Origin: Convolutriloba macropyga
Lineage: Eukaryota
Assembly (NCBI RefSeq): GCF_964194025.1
Contig: NC_134471.1
Span: 41,292,001 to 41,356,000, forward strand
Length of the DNA: 64,000 nt
Direction of reading: 5' to 3'
The position numbers and the translations under genes were made by a program. How positions within the stretch are numbered: the first letter of the stretch is position 1; each line of letters starts with the position of its first letter. The notes beneath the pieces were generated by a model. That model saw only the letters and a program-made list of their open reading frames with translations, was not told the origin of the DNA and searched no databases. Of the stretch, positions 60,901 to 64,000 are shown in pieces.

Positions 60901-62674
60901 ACTTTCTGTAACGTTTGCTCTGTAAACAAAATTTCAGTACCAAAATTGATGCATTGCTCTGAAGTTTTTTCACTAAGTTCACGGAAGCTTATTTGAAAAT
61001 TAGATAATTTTTCGGCAGAAAAATATAAAGAGCAACTCTTTGAGTGTTAGTGAGAGTAAAGTTAGGGACTTTGTAGGTTGCAACCACACAATCTGTTAAT
61101 TGATTGCAATCCTGTGCTCTCGATTGACTCAACTGGTGAAAAGTGCTCAATTGACACAACTGTTGAAAAGCGGTGAATTGAGCTACCATTCTAAGCTCCA
61201 TCTTATGATCACAACTTACGTTCTAGAGTTTTTAGTTAAACACCTATCAATTGAACCCTCTATCATTCAACCCCTCTATCATTCAACCCCTCTATCATTC
61301 AACCCCTCTATCACTTCACCCTGATTTTAAACTAATTAGGACTTTTAAATTATTTAAGAAAATAACTTAACCATTCCTCGCGGTCCATTGCCATGCCCAG
61401 TGGCTCACGGGATTTGCTATGAAACTATCACTACCGAATATGGCTTTAAGATTTCCGCTTAATTATTGCAAGATATGTTTTCAATATCGACTGCTAATTG
61501 GCGGGGTGAAGTGATGAAATGATAGAAGGGTACAAAAATAAGGGGCGAACTGATATTTGATTAAGATATGCGGAGTTAAATGAATCAGGGTGAAAAGAGC
61601 AAGAACCATTCTTTACAATGGCCAATCCGCACGCTTCAACAAGCAAAACAGTGATAGGTTTGGGAAGTATTTCTCACTATAATAAATCTTTCTAGGAGTA
61701 GCTAAACATTTAACAGAATTAATTTTATCTAACTTTTCTGCGACTTCAGTATCTGCTAGTTTTTTGCTTTTGGCCTGGAAGTGTTGCGGATTCTGATAGT
61801 AGCTTGGGTGACAGCGTGATTCAATTTTTTTTACATTTTGGAGTCAAAATTTTAGGTATTGCAGCTCTGGTTGAGGGTTATTACTCTCTGAAGAGCACAT
61901 CACCTTCATTACTGGTAAAGTTCCTTCTCACATTAGAAATTCTTGGCACTTTTTTCACCCTTTGGTTTAACGCCCCTGTCTCAGTGCAGTGACCACGAGA
62001 GTCTATACCAGCTAAACACCCCTTTTTCGCAAGCTGGATTTTATCGACACTGCTTTTAGTTTCAGGGCAATTAAACTTATATTATAATAATTTTAGTTGG
62101 CTTTGCTTTGACGTGTTGAAAAGTTGGCACACAAAATTAGAGAGAGTGTAGAATGTGTTAAGTAGTATAACTTGTCGCATATGTCTTCTCCTCTCTGTAG
62201 AACAGCACCTAGCATGAGGAAGAAACAGTTGCTGAGGGTGAATTGGTACTCCTCCCCTCCTACAGACCCATCTGCACCTGAACAAATAAGTATACAAAAA
62301 TTTTTCATTAATGACAAATACAATTAAGCTTTTCATCATTAAATTGTTCAATTGTGCCTTTTTCTGAAAAAAACCGCTCGAGATTTATATAGGGTTTTGG
62401 CTGTATAGAATTCTGGAAAATTTCTGATATCGAAATAAAAACCATGATTTATACCAAGTAATTTGTCATTTCAAAACTTTTTCATGAAAAAATTATCCAA
62501 TAATGTCTCAGGATCAGCAAAACGATTGCTGTAGTTCTAGCCTGCCGTTTGTTTCTGTAACTGCTGCTGCTGTTGTTCTGGACCCATCCATGCAACCAGA
62601 CTGATCCTGGATACAATGAACAGCACCACACTCACTGACAGGTACGAGAAGATTATACACATCCAGATCTCTGT
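15784..62674 (-). CDS. AMPA-like ionotropic glutamate receptor subunit, spliced, 5'-partial (M1 to C-terminus)
   Basis: Collinear, phase-compatible AG/GT-bounded exons encoding [10 protein letters not shown] (M1), [14 protein letters not shown] (M2), SYTANLAAF (M3), YGTLDSGST and [10 protein letters not shown] (S2), [12 protein letters not shown] (M4), all closely matching GluA-type receptors. Confidence 0.93.
16501..16623 (-). CDS. possible C-tail exon (QPSPQERNP...GAQEP)
   Basis: CTCTCTCTAG acceptor, CCT|GTGAGA donor, 123 nt, phase 0/0, open; no homology support. Confidence 0.4.
21075..21314 (-). CDS. iGluR C-tail exon (MRGSTD...ALDQ|VCL*)
   Basis: CCTTTAG acceptor, phase 0 matching the upstream exon; either spliced at CAG|GTCTGT (21087) or read to the TGA at 21075. 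Confidence 0.75.
   Translation of the reverse strand: MRGSTDATDIPGTNQRMGSSSTPGPTRRLSYGGIVIPSANDPCTAISNNNNNGSSRANSGDSGPLLSAGLTYALDQVCL
21542..21603 (-). repeat. dispersed ~65-bp repeat, copy 1 of 3
   Basis: Reverse complement resembles CCATGCCTCAGCGACCC..GACTTGATATGAA.CTATCACAACCGAAC at ~26856-26915 and ~61390-61445. Confidence 0.7.
21838..22118 (-). CDS. iGluR C-tail exon (SSGGPGG...LISGIA)
   Basis: TATTTTAG acceptor, GCG|GTATGA donor, 281 nt, phase 1/0, Gly/Ser-rich open frame. Confidence 0.8.
23154..23193 (-). CDS. possible small cassette exon ([13 protein letters not shown])
   Basis: TTTTGGTAG acceptor in phase 1 and a GC-rich island; donor ambiguous and would need a downstream alternative acceptor at 22114. 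Confidence 0.3.
23354..23463. repeat. 110-bp palindromic (hairpin) element
   Basis: Perfect 25-bp arms GTTAGAGTATAGTTCTGGGAAGCCT / AGGCTTCCCAGAACTATACTCTAAC with imperfect inner pairing. Confidence 0.85.
26840..26915 (+). repeat. dispersed repeat copy 2, inside a degenerate inverted-repeat element (~26710-27110)
   Basis: Similar to 21542-21603 and 61376-61445; flanked by ACGTACCAAAATGTAGAA / TTCTATATTTTGGTACGT. Confidence 0.6.
28803..29061 (-). CDS. iGluR first C-tail exon ([11 protein letters not shown]...NNRRG)
   Basis: TGTTATAG acceptor, G|GTGAGA donor, 259 nt, phase 0/1. Confidence 0.85.
29488..29625 (-). CDS. iGluR M4 exon
   Basis: [46 protein letters not shown]; TTTTTGTAG acceptor, GGG|GTTAGT donor; 138 nt. 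Confidence 0.93.
29811..30420 (-). repeat. 3' LTR of Copia
   Basis: 610 bp TG...CA; preceded on the minus strand by a short purine tract GAGTGGGA. Confidence 0.95.
30427..34618 (-). pseudogene. Copia gag-pol, interrupted by stops and frameshifts
   Basis: Two CX2CX4HX4C knuckles; protease VDSG; integrase WHRRLGH..CNVC, TDVMGP, QDNAKEF; [15 protein letters not shown]; RNase [28 protein letters not shown]. Confidence 0.95.
34735..34750 (-). promoter_or_regulatory. Copia PBS complementary to the anticodon region of initiator tRNA-Met (half-tRNA primer type)
   Basis: GGTTATGGGCCCAGCA directly after the 5' LTR, the same type as Drosophila copia. Confidence 0.9.
34751..35356 (-). repeat. 5' LTR of Copia
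   Basis: 606-bp direct repeat of 29811-30420. Confidence 0.95.
35494..35579 (-). pseudogene. displaced 86-bp copy of iGluR exon segment 28973-29058
   Basis: 82/86 identical; no phase-compatible splice sites seen. Confidence 0.9.
37995..38109 (-). CDS. iGluR S2 exon equivalent to the vertebrate flip/flop cassette
   Basis: [38 protein letters not shown]; 115 nt, phase 2/0; TTTAAG acceptor, AAA|GTAATT donor. Confidence 0.92.
38153..38406 (+). repeat. 18-bp minisatellite, 14 perfect copies
   Basis: (CTACTATGTTTTGAGGAG)14. Confidence 0.97.
38403..38470. repeat. 68-bp loopless palindrome
   Basis: 34-bp arms, one mismatch. Confidence 0.93.
38480..38573. repeat. 94-bp loopless palindrome
   Basis: 47-bp arms, two mismatches. 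Confidence 0.93.
39002..39174 (-). CDS. iGluR S2 exon (VAAGVEAVR...[10 protein letters not shown]...KPCNTMRVG...[11 protein letters not shown])
   Basis: TTTGTACAG acceptor, CT|GTATGA donor, 173 nt, phase 0/2. Confidence 0.95.
41786..41854 (-). CDS. iGluR S2 exon ([23 protein letters not shown])
   Basis: TTTTTAG acceptor, TCC|GTTAGT donor, 69 nt; aligns to GluA SKIAVFDKMWTYM; absent from the ORF track. Confidence 0.85.
42295..42391 (-). CDS. iGluR S2 exon ([32 protein letters not shown])
   Basis: TTGACAG acceptor, AAG|GTACCA donor, 97 nt. Confidence 0.95.
42591..42698 (-). CDS. iGluR M3 exon ([36 protein letters not shown])
   Basis: Invariant SYTANLAAF gate motif; TATTCAG acceptor, AG|GTCACT donor, 108 nt, phase 2/2. 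Confidence 0.97.
43257..43397 (-). repeat. 3' LTR of BEL copy 2
   Basis: Reverse complement of the copy 1 LTR lacking AATTAACA. Confidence 0.95.
43532..50591 (-). pseudogene. BEL gag-pol of copy 2, frameshifted
   Basis: ORF pieces 49509-50591, 46393-49488, 45908-46300, 44962-46029 and 43532-44980 are collinear with copy 1. Confidence 0.95.
51198..56680 (-). repeat. two extra tandem ~2.75-kb units of BEL leader plus 5' gag
   Basis: Identical junctions AAGAAATTCATTTTTCATTTTTCATCAATG at ~51198 and ~53949; ORFs 51197-53341 and 54575-56041 repeat the Gag N-terminus. Confidence 0.92.
58757..58897 (-). repeat. 5' LTR of BEL copy 2
   Basis: Followed on the minus strand by TAATTTTGGTGACCATCCGCC as in copy 1. 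Confidence 0.95.
59761..60000 (+). repeat. 30-bp minisatellite, 8 copies
   Basis: Consensus CCAGGACACGTTTTATTGTCCAGCTAAATT. Confidence 0.95.
61254..61445 (+). repeat. 16-bp tandem array (about 4 copies) followed by dispersed repeat copy 3
   Basis: (AACCCCTCTATCATTC)n at 61254-61322; 61376-61445 resembles 26840-26915. Confidence 0.7.
62172..62277 (-). CDS. iGluR M2 pore-loop exon ([35 protein letters not shown])
   Basis: TTGTTCAG acceptor, AA|GTTATA donor, 106 nt, phase 1/2, compatible with the M3 exon. Confidence 0.9.
62542..62674 (-). CDS. iGluR M1 exon ([29 protein letters not shown]...)
   Basis: Close match to GluA [36 protein letters not shown] acceptor; donor either G|GTCCAG (62584) or G|GCTAGA (62542); absent from the ORF track. 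Confidence 0.9.
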
Positions 62675-62759
62675 CTAACACACACATGCTGAGATTAGTT
62701 TAAACTGGATGAAATTGTAATTAGACCATGGTCGACCACTATTTGGTATGTAAAGACCA

Positions 62760-63340
62760 CCAGCTGACCACTGTAAAACTTTCGGTTGAAGTTACTTGTG
62801 ACGGGCAGGTAAATCACTTAAGTTTTGTTCTGCTAAAAGGAAATCAGAAGCTTGCTTATCTAAAGAGAAGAATTCCAGATGAAACAAAATTGTCAGTCAA
62901 ATGCAACCTAGTCAAAACTTACATAATATCGATCTTGTTTTATGAATCAAATGTTTGGTATAACAGTAAAACTATCGTCAGGCAAATGGAAAGGTTTCAG
63001 AGAAAAGGTTTGAAATTGATACCATCAAACAGTCATTTTACTGATAAAGAATACAAGGATTGTCTTCGATCAGTAAATTTACTTCCAATCACATATCAAT
63101 TTGTTTTTTTTTTTTGCATCTCTTAAATTTAAACAGAATTTTGACAAGAAAGTTTCCACTTGAGGCAGAGAAATTGTGGCGAACAAGGAATGGACATCCC
63201 AAAACACGATCAAACGAGAAAATATTTTTATACTCAAACGAATGTAATCGCCAGAGTGGCCGATCTAATTTTTTCTACCGAGTTACAAATATAGATTTGA
63301 GTTACAAATAGATATTCTCTACCAAGAATATCTATTTGAT
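62760..63340 (+). mobile_element. 5'-truncated CR1/L2-type LINE fragment (C-terminal part of ORF2)
   Basis: ILFYESNVW...MERFQRKGLKLI and NFFYRV resemble the post-RT LxYxxxVW..LERVQRRAxKxI and FFxxRV motifs. Confidence 0.65.
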
Positions 63341-63439
63341 TTAGCTAACAAGAATTTTGACTACAAATCGTACCCATATGGATGGACAATGTTTGGGTGA
63401 AAAAAAATTCAAGCCCCGTTAGGGACTTACTAAGCTTGG

Positions 63440-63942
63440 NNNNNNNNNNNNNNNNNNNNNNNNNNNNNNNNNNNNNNNNNNNNNNNNNNNNNNNNNNNNN
63501 NNNNNNNNNNNNNNNNNNNNNNNNNNNNNNNNNNNNNNNNNNNNNNNNNNNNNNNNNNNNNNNNNNNNNNNNNNNNNNNNNNNNNNNNNNNNNNNNNNNN
63601 NNNNNNNNNNNNNNNNNNNNNNNNNNNNNNNNNNNNNNNNNNNNNNNNNNNNNNNNNNNNNNNNNNNNNNNNNNNNNNNNNNNNNNNNNNNNNNNNNNNN
63701 NNNNNNNNNNNNNNNNNNNNNNNNNNNNNNNNNNNNNNNNNNNNNNNNNNNNNNNNNNNNNNNNNNNNNNNNNNNNNNNNNNNNNNNNNNNNNNNNNNNN
63801 NNNNNNNNNNNNNNNNNNNNNNNNNNNNNNNNNNNNNNNNNNNNNNNNNNNNNNNNNNNNNNNNNNNNNNNNNNNNNNNNNNNNNNNNNNNNNNNNNNNN
63901 NNNNNNNNNNNNNNNNNNNNNNNNNNNNNNNNNNNNNNNNNN
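63440..63942. other. assembly gap
   Basis: Run of N. Confidence 0.99.
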
Positions 63943-64000
63943 ATCATACGGCTCCAGAAAAAATTTTGTCTCCCAATTGGATTATAATTAATTATCAAAG

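Noticed and set aside
61369-61445. TCCTCGCGGTCC resembling the HDV ribozyme P3/L3
   Set aside because: No upstream P1/P2 partner, and the other two repeat copies do not keep the fold
58900-62171. Editing-complementary sequence for the Q/R codon
   Set aside because: No complement of the M2 exon seen by eye; an RNA-fold search would be needed to exclude an imperfect one
63345-63998. Two ~200-aa ORFs
   Set aside because: Artefacts of the N gap
63943-64000. FFLEP|gtatga as the pre-M1 exon end
   Set aside because: Phase 2 end is incompatible with the phase-0 M1 exon; low complexity next to a gap

Overview
AT-rich eukaryotic (metazoan-type) genomic DNA. The backbone is the 3' two-thirds of a spliced, minus-strand AMPA-like ionotropic glutamate receptor gene. 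Read by eye, it runs from an M1 exon at ~62.6 kb through M2, M3 (SYTANLAAF), four S2 exons and M4 to a long Gly/Ser-rich C-tail, probably ending at 15784 in -HTEV. ATD and S1 lie beyond the assembly gap/window. Three decayed LTR retrotransposons have intact ends and 5-bp TSDs: a BEL/Pao copy downstream of the gene (1161-11201, +), a second copy of that family with an internal triplication in the M2-M3 intron (43257-58897, -), and a Copia element in the S2-M4 intron (29811-35356, -). Minisatellites, palindromic MITE-like elements and a CR1/L2-type LINE fragment fill the introns. Most interesting signals: (1) the BEL family lacks a polypurine tract but carries three nested 13-15-nt 5'-leader/3'-end complementary blocks and an LTR/PBS duplex, suggesting unusual RNA circularisation or priming; (2) the receptor pore reads LQRGED; (3) a displaced 86-bp exon copy differs from the real exon only at synonymous sites; (4) possible alternative PDZ-ligand C-termini. 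All exon models and alignments are manual and lack transcript support.
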